Shown here: positions 47,901 to 59,789 of the stretch, piece after piece
How positions within the stretch are numbered: the first letter of the stretch is position 1
How the letters are laid out: every line of letters starts with the position of its first letter
Origin: Paraspadella gotoi
Lineage: Eukaryota > Animalia > Chaetognatha
NCBI GenBank assembly: GCA_051294375.1
Contig: JBJCIZ010000028.1
Span: 1,901,053 to 1,965,052, forward strand
DNA: 64,000 nt
Direction: 5' to 3'
Made by a program: the position numbers and the translations under genes
Notes under the pieces: model-generated
Databases searched by the model: none
What the model saw: the letters and a program-made list of their open reading frames with translations, nothing else
What the model was told of the DNA's origin: nothing

Positions 47901-49327
47901 CAATTTGAAGTTTTCTCCATTGATGGACACTTTAAAGTTTGTTCATTGGTTGTTAAATAATAAAAGAAACTGAGTCGCGTGATTCGTTTTCTGAATGAAT
48001 TTCTATTTCAGTTTTGGTTCCGTCAGATGTTGTGCGAATTTCCCGTCACAGGCCGATTTGCAATGTTCGTAGTAAAGGTGCTTGGTGATCAGATTTGAAA
48101 GCATCCAGAGTGCAACCTCCATTTTCATGGTCACAATAAACACAAGTTCCGAGAGAAGCAATTATTAGGATTAAGACAATAGTTTGATGATTCCACGTTT
48201 TTATCAATCCTAAGCTCAAATTTTTCCAGTTCAAACATTTAATCACTTTACCATCTCTGTTCAACTGCTTTCTATCGGCTCTCTATTGACATTAAACACT
48301 CCCTCTTCCACCATTTAATAGATTTTATCCCACTGTATTGACTGTATTTGACGCTGCTTTGTGAATTTTAACCCGTAGCACTTAATTTCCGGTCATTGAG
48401 AACAGAGGCTTCAGAAATGTCTTTTTCTGTTCGTACAAAGTTTTTTCGATTTCTCAAACAATTGACGTCGTTGGAACGAAAAACGAATACGAATTATATT
48501 AAACTTTTGGAGCGAAGTATTCTTGACATATTTGAAGAAAACTTTGTCACAACTAAAGGTTCGTTCGCTCAAACCAAATGGATTCGTTTGTTTCTCGTAA
48601 TTAGCTTTTGAGCCAGTAACCTCCTTCAAAAAAAGCTTTTTCAGCCGTGTAAAGATCATGAAAATCGATGACGCATTCGCTTTCTCCATTATTTTAAAAA
48701 ACCTTTTCCAGACTTTCTTCTCTTCCCAATCGCCAAAGTCACATCCATCAGCGGACCTTCATCCTATCTCCGACTTTTTCACTCCCAGTCCCGTTTCCCA
48801 CTTTCCATTCTTTGCCAAACCTTTTCGTGGATACGAGACGCAGCAGAATCGAAGTCAACTTTCGCAAATTCGCAGGCAAAGCGGAATTTTTCGTTGCAAT
48901 CAAACGTCGCCAAGCAAAACCTTGGCTCGGACGATTCCGGCGCTGGATGAACCCAAGCCACGCAATCGGTCGATGCTTGCGGTTGCTTGCACCACGGAAT
49001 GGGGAGCCCATTCGTGGGAAAGCTTTCTCATTTTGATTAATCCATTCGTTAAAGTTCGATCCTCTTTTGAAGAGTCCCGTCCATACGTGAAGATGGCGAT
49101 GTCTCTCGTCCTTGTCATGTCCAAAGCGTCCAAGTCCATGACATCCTTCAGTCGCTGGATGGAGAACTTGAAGACGCGAGGCGGACGCCGAATTTGGTGG
49201 AGCAGCGGAAGACAGCGGAGGTCCAGTTGAGTCGCTCGTCCAGGATGGTTAGAGGAAGGATCTCCGATTGGAGGGAGAGAGAGATAGAGAGAGAGACGAT
49301 TTGGAGGAGGGAGGAAAGACGGTTCAT
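44950..49327 (-). CDS. Receptor-type protein tyrosine phosphatase-like gene (C-type lectin, EGF/laminin-EGF, CCP-like and cbEGF ectodomain, TM, tandem PTP domains), apparently intronless and heavily frameshifted
   Basis: Signal-like MNRLSSLLQIVSLSLSL. CTLD motifs LNWTSAVFRC..RLAS and DCVAW..DCNEKFRFACE. EGF-type CASGSYG..C..CQSGMYGKDC and CVDINECNSSPC. PTP D1 FIACQNP..FWEMI..IVVML..ILIHCNKRSDRAG. PTP D2 YINAAYVD..AQAPM..TVNDFWKMI..CWPE..LLVHCLDGCRKSG. Confidence 0.85.
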
Positions 49328-49866
49328 GGTGTGTGTGTGTGTGTGAGAGTGAGAGAGAGAAAGGGAGATACTTTTGTTTGTTTTTTTTTAAATTTATTCT
49401 TTGACGATAAATAATTGTTTTCTGGTAGGTTTTCTAAGGGTAGTTAAATACAATTTAAAAATAATTTTAAAAAAATCATGCAGTAGGAACTTCGGGTTTT
49501 AGGTTCCACCCGCTTGTTAATTGTTTTAAAAACTGACTAATTCACGACCAAAAAAGCATAAAAAAATGTTTAAAACAAAACTAAACAAAGATTACTCGCG
49601 TGATTTACCCGAATCGAACCCTCATCTTTTTTGGCCTTCCTCGTTTTATTATAAATAATAAACATTAAACAAATATAATTATAAACAAACTACAAAGCCT
49701 CGTTTCTTTTGAAATAGATTAGATTATTGTTTAGAATCTGCAAAGAGTATTTCAGATATTTTTTTTGTTAAATCATGTAATACTTAATAAGGAACAATAT
49801 TTACATAAAATTAGCATTCAATAATGATTTTGTTTTAATAATTTTTTTTAGTCAGAGATTAAAAAT

Positions 49867-49902
<36 letters not shown>

Positions 49903-50064
49903 ACTCTTTCTCTCTCTCTCTGTCTCTCGCTTTCTCTCTAGAGAAAATCTAGACTTTGTGGCAATCCGTACATCCGTACATCCGTTTCTCCTGGAATCCC
50001 GGATAATTTGAGAGATTATTTTTTGACTGTTTTCGTTGTCAAGAAAAAAAGATAGAGAGAGGGA

Positions 50065-50144
<80 letters not shown>

Positions 50145-50399
50145 CAGAGAGAGAAGGAGAGAGCTTTTCTATTTTTCTTCTTTCTTTTTAATCTTCCTCC
50201 TTTCGCTTTTCTTTCCTCAAGATTCACGGACTCAATCATTCACTCACATTTCACAAATCACAAAAACGCGAGTCACAAAAGTCTTAGAGTAGGAAGAGTC
50301 TTAGAGGGAAAGAAAAATATTCAAAGTGTAAAGCAAATAATTTATCAACGCGAAATGACTTTTTGGGTCGACAAATTTGCTGGCGAAAAAAAGAAAAAA

Positions 50400-50632
50400 G
50401 GAACGACGAAGACGACAAAAAATATGATGAATACGACGACATAAAGATGACTATAATGACGACGACGAAAACGACGATAAATATGACGAAAACTATAATG
50501 ACGACGACGAGGACGACGACGAAAACGACGACGAAGACAACGACAACAATGATGATGAAAACAACGATAACGACGACTATAATGACGACGACGAAAACGA
50601 CGACGATCATGACGACGATAACGACGACGACT
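50400..50632. repeat. (ACG/GAC)n-rich trinucleotide repeat
   Basis: Imperfect ACG/ATG triplet array. Confidence 0.8.
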
Positions 50633-51174
50633 GCGCGACTTCTTTAAACATCTCACGTCCGGTCGAGCGCCTAATTTTTTCTTCTCCAAAATTGTTTGAA
50701 AATATAAAACAATCGATATTTGTTTACAAACAATACAGTTCGTTGTTATTTCGTTGCTCTGTTTAATCATGATTTACTTTATACAGATTGTGATAATAAC
50801 GATTAGCCATTTATATATATAGTTTGTTCATGGTTTATAGATGGTTTATATTGTGTTCTACATGCGTGGCTAAAACGAGCTTACCTGAGAGATCATTGTT
50901 TTATTGATTGCATATCGATGCTTGCTTTTGCTTACCTCCAGTTCCAGCTAATACTGAGAGACTGGCGTTTTACCGGATTACTATTTGCGATATTGATACT
51001 CTCAGAAGGTGAGCGAGAGACGCTCATCACCTCTTTTCTGTGAGTGCCCAATTTCCATTTGTGGCTCTCTTTGCTGTGAGTGGCCCATTTCCATTCGATT
51101 ATTTTATAATTTAAATTTTAATTAACTCTTTAATTTTTCCGTCTGTCGGAAGCGGATAGATGTGTATGATTCTT

Positions 51175-51762
51175 GCGGATGTATTGATGTAAGGTTTTTC
51201 TGCTGATATAATTGGACGTAAGATTTTTCTGTGGATGTAATTTGACGTAAGGTTTTTCCGGGGATGTAATTGGATTAAGGTTTTTCTGCGGAATAATTGG
51301 AGCGTAAGATTTTCTGTGATGTAATTGGATGTAAGGTTTTTCTATGGATGTAATTGGATCCGTAAGGTTTTTCTACAGATGTAACTGGACTGAGGTTTTT
51401 CTACGAAGTAATTGGTTTAAGTTTTCTAACGGATGTAACTGGACCCTGAGGTTTTTCTAGCGGATGTAATTGGATGTAAGGTTTTCTATGGATGTAACTG
51501 GCCTGAGGTTTTTCTACGGATGTAATTGGACGTAAGGTTTTTCTACAGAATGTAACTGACCTGAGGTTTTTTCTACGGATGTAATTGGATGTAAGGTTTT
51601 CTACGCGATGTAACTGGACCTGAGGTTTTTCTACGGATGTAATTGGACGTAAGGTTTTTCTACGGATGAACTGAACCTGAGGTTTTTCTAACGGATGGAA
51701 TTTGACGTAAGTTTTCTTCCGATGTATTGGACCTAAGGTTTTCTAACGGATGTAATTGGACG
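51175..51762. repeat. 29-bp minisatellite array
   Basis: Unit GGATGTAATTGGACGTAAGGTTTTTCTAC repeated about 20 times with variants. Confidence 0.9.
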
Positions 51763-52095
51763 TATGGCTCCTCGGAGATCGTAATCGGTGAGGCGTTGAG
51801 CGTAGGAACGTTTATGAGGAGGGAATCAGACCGTGAAAGGAAGGAAGAGGAGGAGGAGGAGAGGAGGAAGGAAGAGGAAGAAGAGGAAGAGAAGGAGGAA
51901 AAGAAAAGGAAAGATAAAGAGGAAAAAAAATGGAAAGAAAGAGGAGATGGAAATAAAAGAAAGATGAAAACAGGAGAAGAAATAAAGAAAAGAAAAGACA
52001 AAAATTATAAAAAAAAGGTTGAGAAATGATTTTTTTTCGAGAAGACAGGAAATGAATAGAGGGAAGAAAGGATAATGAAAGGATTTTTTGAGAGT

Positions 52096-52131
<36 letters not shown>

Positions 52132-52279
52132 AGAAATGAAACAGGAAATGAAAATAGAGGAAGAAAGGATAAATGAAAGGATTTTTGAGAGTGAGAGTGA
52201 GAGAGAGAGAGATAGAGAGAGAAAATGAACAGGAAATGAAAATAGAGGGAAGAAAGGATAATGAAAGGATTTTGAGAGT

Positions 52280-52316
<37 letters not shown>

Positions 52317-53112
52317 TTGAGAGAGAGAAGAGAGAGAGATGAGAGAGAGAGGATAACACAAAAGAGAAAGAGAATTGAGATTCGACAGACGTTGAGTTTC
52401 TGACGTCGAAATCAGAAGGAAAAGATGAAGAGAGATGAAGAGGAAGTGGAGGTGGTCGAGATAAAAATGGCGAACAAAATGAGATGAATCGATTTATTGA
52501 AATCAGAAAAGCGAATGGAATCGAATTGGCTAATTGTACAAAGTGGCATTCATTTTTATACGGCGAGAGAGAGAAAATTTGGTTTACATTTGTAGAAAGT
52601 AAACAATTCTAAAAATACTTCCAAATAAGGTAACGTTTTGCCGACCGGCGTTTTGAACAGTAGGGAGCAAAATATTTCTTAGCGGGCATTGGGAATTTTT
52701 AAAGATTCGCCGGCGATTTTATTTACTTTCTTACTAATAATAATAATCAGGACTCCACTAGAGATGAGAGAGAGGTGGGTGGGGGAGAGATAGAGGGAGG
52801 GAGAGGGGTTAGAGATGGGAGTGGGAGGAGAGAGGGGAAGAGATAGGGGGAGGGGGAGAGAGAGGGGGGAGGGGGAAGATAGAGGAGGGAGAGGGGATTA
52901 GAGAATATGTGATGAATGAATGAATGAATGTAGTGAATGACTTGGCCAATGAATTTTTCAAGTTTCAACAAAATCATGGAAAAGAAGAAATATTTTTTGG
53001 ATCACAAATACGTAAAAAAGTTGATTGCGGGAAACATAATTTTTTTGTTTACTATCATCGTCGACAAAGGAGCCCGAAAAACATGGGAATATGAAAAATA
53101 GAGAGAGAAGAG

Positions 53113-53191
<79 letters not shown>

Positions 53192-53463
53192 TTATTTCGG
53201 CCGTAAAAAAACCCACAATACAGTTGGCCAAAATTGCAATATAGATTTAAGTAGCCTTTGTCCGTACAAGAAATCCTTTCCTAAAATTTCTAACAAACTT
53301 CTAAGCCGACAAGCCGACAAGCCGACAACAGCCGACAAGCGACACAAGCCGACAAGCCGACAAGCCAACTAAACCGCTTCCTGCATTGAAGGACCAGAGT
53401 GATCGACAAAAACTGACAGANNNNNNNNNNNNNNNNNNNNNNNNNNNNNNNNNNNNNNNNNNN

Positions 53464-53735
53464 CAGTTACATCTGTAGAAAAACCTTACGTCCAATTACA
53501 TCCATAGAAAAACCTTACATCCAATTACATCCACAGAAAAATCTTACGTCCAATTATATCCGCAGAAAAACCTTACATCCAATTACATCCGCAGAAAAAC
53601 CTTACGTCAAATTACATCCACAGAAAAATCTTACGTCCAATTATATCAGCAGAAAAACCTTACATCCAATTACATCCGCAGAAAAATCTTCCGTTCAATT
53701 ACATCCGTCGAAAACCCTTACGTCCAATTACATCC
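53464..53735. repeat. 29-bp minisatellite array in inverted orientation to 51175-51762
   Basis: Unit CCTTACGTCCAATTACATCCGTAGAAAAA, flanked by N gaps. Confidence 0.9.
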
Positions 53736-54264
53736 NNNNNNNNNNNNNNNNNNNNNNNNNNNNNNNNNNNNNNNNNNNNNNNNNNNNNNNNNNNNNNNNN
53801 NNNNNNNNNNNNNNNNNNNNNNNNNNNNNNNNNNNNNNNNNNNNNNNNNNNNNNNNNNNNNNNNNNNNNNNNNNNNNNNNNNNNNNNNNNNNNNCCCCCC
53901 CCCGGGGGAACTGGTTGCTTTCCAATTACATACGGAAACGACACTTTATCCAATCACATCCCTCTTAATCTTCCTCCTCATGTATAAACCGGACTGAATT
54001 CCCGATGAGAAGAGAATTTCTTTCTTTCCTTTTTTATTTGTTTTTAGTTGCACCGCGAGTACTCGAGGAGCAACTCTATAAGTCACTTTTTGGGTCGGTC
54101 GGTCAGNNNNNNNNNNTATGTCATGTCATGTTACGTCATGTCACGTCACGAGAAATACACCTGAAAAAAAAAGTCACTGCGACGCAACACATTGGATGAA
54201 CCGATCTTTTTTCTTATATTTTTCTTTTTATATTAGGTTTATATTAGTTTTCTTCTCGCGCCGG

Positions 54265-54307
<43 letters not shown>

Positions 54308-55363
54308 AAATTTTTTTATATTCTTATCTTCAATCTTTTAATTTTATTCTCCGTCATTCTATCTTCTAAAATTCTTCCGTATTCTTCTATATTTCTAGTC
54401 AATTAGTTAATATTAATTTCATTCCTTGAGCCCTTTTTTGGCCTTATTCTCCCAAAACGGCCCATTTCATTTTAAATTGAAAATTTAATTTTTAGTCTTA
54501 AAGATTAAATTAGTATTTAATACTAATTTTGAGGATTTGGATTAAGCATTACTTTAGTGATAAGAGTTAGGTTAGGGGTTAGAGGTTAGCGATTAGGGCT
54601 TAAAGTGTTAATGTTAGGGTTTTTATTAGTGATTAGGATAAAGGATTCGTTGCTAACTTAAAGTTACAAATTAAGGCAAAAAAAAAATTCACGGAAAATA
54701 AAGAATAAAATTAGTGTGCTTCTTCTAAAAAAAAATCAGATTACGTAGTAAGAATTAGCTAAATGCGCGTAGCTAGAGGCGAACAGGCCGAGCATGAGAG
54801 AGAGAGAGCGAGCCTGTGATTGCCTTCATAAAGTCGACTCACTCCTTCATTTTAAAAGTTTCTCTTCTATCTCTCTCTCATTCATCGTCACTCCGGTCCG
54901 TCACTCAATCTTTGCGCGCCGTTTTACTGCTGGTTGAACTGAAAAAAAATAAGTTTCTCTTCTTTTTTTCTATTTTTCCTAAAAACAATTTCTTTTCGTC
55001 AAACATCAAATTTTAATTTAGGTGTAATAAGCTCTCAGTTTAGCTCTTTTTCTTATTTTTTCTTATTTTTGTAAATACTTTAATCTCTCAAACGATTCAT
55101 TAATCAATTCCAGTACAAATAATAGTCCGTACGTTGTCCAAAAAGTATTTTCAACATATTTTTTATTCTTTTATTCTCTCATTTTATCATTCATTCACTC
55201 ATTCTTTCTCTCATTCCAAGTTTTACTCTGATATCCGTCGCTTGAAGCAAAATCGATTTTCTCGTATATAGGCTCTTAGAAGCAAATCTCTTTCTCTCTC
55301 TTTCTCTCTCTCAGCGTTTTGCTTGATTCATATTTCATCTATACGCACCTAGAAGCAAATCAG

Positions 55364-55400
<37 letters not shown>

Positions 55401-56326
55401 TTCACTCTTTTTCTCTCTCTAACAGCGTTTGATATGCTACCATCTTTCTCTCTTAAACGCTATCGATTGATTACCTTTTTTCCCGATATCTCCTGGTTAT
55501 TTTTTTCCACTTCGTAATCTGTTTTCTTTGCTTGGTTAATTTTTTTTTTGCATTTATTTTTATTTTTTCGTTTTTCATTTAATCTGATTTTTCATTTATA
55601 TGCTTCCTTTGTTTGGGAAATTTCAAGCATTTTTATATCGGCTCATCCTTATGTTTTTTTTAATTACAAAGTATCAAATTTTTGTTCCTCAATTTTAACT
55701 AAGTTTTAACCTTAATATTTTAACCTAATCCGTTTTGAAACTCTAACCCTAAACCCTAACCCTATTCTTTAACCCTAATCTTTAACTCCAACTTATTCTT
55801 AAACCCTTAAACATTAACCCCGATAAAAAACCTAATCCCAAACTCTTTTCCGTCACCCTAATCCTTAATTCTTAATTTAAGCAGAAATCGGACGCTTTCG
55901 GAAAAGATGGCCAAATATTTATCTTTATCCTCAGAGAAAGAATTCTCTGTGGCAGAATATCTGACAAGTATAGACATCTAAATATAGTAACACAACTCTG
56001 TCAACAACTCGTATCCTTCTCGCCAATTCCAAAGTGGGCGTGTCCCGTTCCAACGCGCGTCACCTAGGCTGTCCCCCTTTTCTTTCTGAACTCACTNNNN
56101 NNNNNNNNNNNNNNNNNNNNNNNNNNNNNNNNNNNNNNNNNNNNNNNNNNNNNNNNNNNNNNNNNNNNNNNNNNNNNNNNNNNNNNNNNNNNNNNNNNNN
56201 NNNNNNNNNNNNNNNNNNNNNNNNNNNNNNNNNNNNNNNNNNNNNNNNNNNNNNNNNNNNNNNNNNNNNNNNNNNNNNNNNNNNNNNNNNNNNNNNNNNN
56301 NNNNNNNNNNNNNNNNNNNNNNNNNN

Positions 56327-56400
56327 CGTCGCGCCATCTTTTTGACGTCACGCGCGCTACGCGGAACGGGTCGCGTTTTCCGGATGACGTCAGCGTCGCG
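56327..56400. promoter_or_regulatory. CpG-rich promoter-like element cluster
   Basis: YY1-like CGCCATCTT, two CRE palindromes TGACGTCA and an ETS-like CCGGAT within 75 bp. No associated CDS identified. Confidence 0.35.
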
Positions 56401-56799
56401 TGTCTTCGTCATCGTCGTCTTCGTCGTCGTCATCGTCTTCACCGTCGTAACCATCGTTCGTCGTCGTCATCGTCTTCTTCATCATCATCATCATCGTCTC
56501 ATCGACCAAAGATCGAATCTGATTCGTCGATCGATCGATCCGTTATCCACCAATCAGATTCGAGAATTTATAATCATCTCGACATGAAAATAAGATTGAA
56601 GCAAAAAAAAAAAATTAATCTAAACTAATGATAAAAAAGAAAAAAAAATACTGGGGGAAAGAAAAAAGAAAAAAAAAGAAAAACTCAAACTCAAAACACG
56701 AATTTTAAAACATTTTTACAAACGACAATGTTTCGTACAGTACTAAAGCTTTTTATTTTTTAGAGAAAACAAAAATGTTATTTTATAAAAATTTTACAG

Positions 56800-57030
56800 T
56801 AAGGCGCTTAGGGGTCTGAAGTCTACTAAGTATCTAAGCCCCCGCGGCAACAATGGAACGGGTCCTGGGCTTGGAACATGGCTTGAGGGTTTTCCACGGC
56901 CCTAAGGTGGTTTACGGCTGTCCTCATACTTCCCGCGGGATTGAACCCAGTTCCTAGTGGTCATGAGCAGATGACTTTTCTCAAAGAACCACAGGTTCAT
57001 GCTTACAGGTGGGCTGAACTTAGGTAATGC
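56800..57030 (-). mobile_element. tRNA-derived SINE family copy (diverged)
   Basis: Reverse complement of the 15905-16175 family (TAAGGCGCTTAG...ATGGAACGGGTCCTGGGCTTGGAAC...CCTAGTGGTCATGAGC). Confidence 0.65.
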
Positions 57031-59754
57031 GCGACTACATATCTTTAATGTAAGTGAGAGAGACCGACCGACAGACATACAGACATACCGACATACAGAC
57101 ATACCGACATACAGACATACAAACATACAGACATACTCCTGGCACAACATCGGAGTAAATCGTCCAAAATGTCGGGAGACGAAAAATCCTTCCATTTTTC
57201 CGCCAAAACATAAATAATAAATCCCACGATTGGTTCCAATCATTCGGACGATTGGCTTTCGTCGTTTGGGCGATTGCTTCCTGCTTGTATCCGATGCTTG
57301 GTTATTCCATCACTTCGCTGCTTGCTTCCTTGTGGTATTCTCACGCTTGCCAGTTCATTACGTTGCTTGCTTCTTTCTCTCTTTGACAGGTTCACGCTAT
57401 GCGAGACACCCGTCTCTCTCTNNNNNNNNNNNNNNNNNNNNNNNNNTCTCTTCTCTCTCTCCTCTTTCCCCTCACGAAAGCGATTGACACCTGTATCCGC
57501 GATTGCTGTTTGTCGTTAATCTCATCATGTTGCTCTCTCTCCCTCTCTCTTCATCTCCTCTCCTCTCTCCTCTCTCTCTTCTCTCCTCTCTCTCTCTCTC
57601 TCTCTCTCCTCTTCTCTCTCTCTCTCTCTCTCTTCCAGTTTTTCCTTTCTACGCTATTGTTTCGTTTTATTTGAATATGTCACGAATTTTAATTTTCTTT
57701 TTTTTTCATCTCTCTGGACAGGTTACGTCCCGGAGAACTGAACTGACACTCTCACTCTCTCTCTCTCTCTCTCTCTGGTTCGGAAAAAAAACAAACAGCC
57801 CCGGATACGACCCAGATACGCCTTTTCTACGTTTCCTTTTTTTCTTAATTCAACATTCATCCATTCGTTTATTCAATATTCATTCATTTATTTGTTAATT
57901 TGTTTGTTTATTCGTTCATTCATTTTTTCATTTATGCATTTACTTCTATATTCATTTAATCATTCATTCATTCGTTCATTCATTCATACATTCAATAGGA
58001 AAATAATTCATCTATAGACTGATGCATTCATTCAAACCTTCAGCGATTTACTCATTCGTCCATTCATTAATTATCCAAATCATCCGTCTGTCTCTCTGTC
58101 TCTCTAAGTTCATCAATCCGTCCGTCCGTCTCTCCACTTTTCTTTATTTCCTCTTCTAGTTTTTAGTTGCGCCGCGAGTACTTGCGGAGCAACTCTATAA
58201 GTCACTTTTCGGTCGGTCTGTCAGTCTGTCAGTCTGTTAAAAACGCATATGATTTGCCTATAGTTGGTTGCTAATTTGTTCAGACAGAAAAAACCTCAAA
58301 TCTAAGGGACTGCAGGCGCCGTCTTCAGGAATTCTTAAAACTATAAGGAATAAAAGCCGGAATTTTGATGTAGTGCATGTCATAAATACAAAGCTGCGCA
58401 ACACATTGGAATCACCGTTCTCGTTTCTCTTTTTCTCAGAAATGAATATTTCATCTCTTTTCTTCTCATTCGTCAAAACGAAAAACGATTAATGAGACGA
58501 AGGACGATTTCGTCTCTGGGATGGTCGTTGTTCGTAAATCGTTCGTCGTTGTTCGTAGATTGTTCGTCGTTGTTCGNNNNNNNNNNNNNNNNNNNNNNNN
58601 NNNNNNNNNNNNNNNNNNNNNNNNNNNNNNNNNNNNNNNNNNNNNNNNNNNNNNNNNNNNNNNNNNNNNNNNNNNNNNNNNNNNNNNNNNNNNNNNNNNN
58701 NNNNNNNNNNNNNNNNNNNNNNNNNNNNNNNNNNNNNNNNNNNNNNNNNNNNNNNNNNNNNNNNNNNNNNNNNNNNNNNNNNNNNNNNNNNNNNNNNNNN
58801 NNNNNNNNNNNNNNNNNNNNNNNNNNNNNNNNNNNNNNNNNNNNNNNNNNNNNNNNNNNNNNNNNNNNNNNNNNNNNNNNNNNNNNNNNNNNNNNNNNNN
58901 NNNNNNNNNNNNNNNNNNNNNNNNNNNNNNNNNNNNNNNAAAAAAAACAAATTTTTTTCGTTCTTTTTTATTAGGAAATCTTTTAAAAAAATTATTAGAA
59001 AAAAGTATATGAATAGAAATAAAATAAGTATTTTCTTTAACCGACTTCATTTTAAAAGTAAAAATTCTTCTTTCTCCGGTTGTCTCGTGAAAATATTTAT
59101 TTTTTTACTTTTTTAATCTAATATCAAAACATTAATACGTTTTCTATGATTTTCTGCATCATAACCTGGAATCCGCAAATCGTCTTAATTTTTGGCGCCA
59201 TTTATCGGCGTTATTTTTAGGGGCGCCATTTATATAGGCGCCAAAAATAATCCCTCTCTCTCTCTCTCTCTCTCTCTNNNNNNNNNNNNNNNNNNNNNNN
59301 NNNNNNNNNNNNNNNNNNNNNNNNNNNNNNNNNNNNNNNNNNNNNNNNNNNNNNNNNNNNNNNNNNNNNNNNNNNNNNNNNNNNNNNNNNNNNNNNNNNN
59401 NNNNNNNNNNNNNNNNNNNNNNNNNNNNNNNNNNNNNNNNNNNNNNNNNNNNNNNNNNNNNNNNNNNNNNNNNNNNNNNNNNNNNNNNNNNNNNNNNNNN
59501 NNNNNNNNNNNNNNNNNNNNNNNCATTAATTAACGTCGAACGGAAGACCGATTGATTGACGAGTCACCGAATATTAATACTTTTTTCTTACTGTTATTTT
59601 ATTATTCAATTTAATATTATTTTGAGAGAAATTGAATATAATTTTGTCAACCTTTTGTAGATTTGTTCTTTTACACATTTAATTGTTCGCTCTTTCTTAC
59701 CTTTCTTCCTTCTTACACCTTTTTTCTTCTTCGTCATCATCTTCTTCTTCTTCT

Positions 59755-59789
<35 letters not shown>

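Noticed and set aside
51175-51762. CRISPR-like array
   Set aside because: Units are contiguous with no unique spacers, no cas genes are present, and the context is eukaryotic. The 29-bp period also argues against coding.
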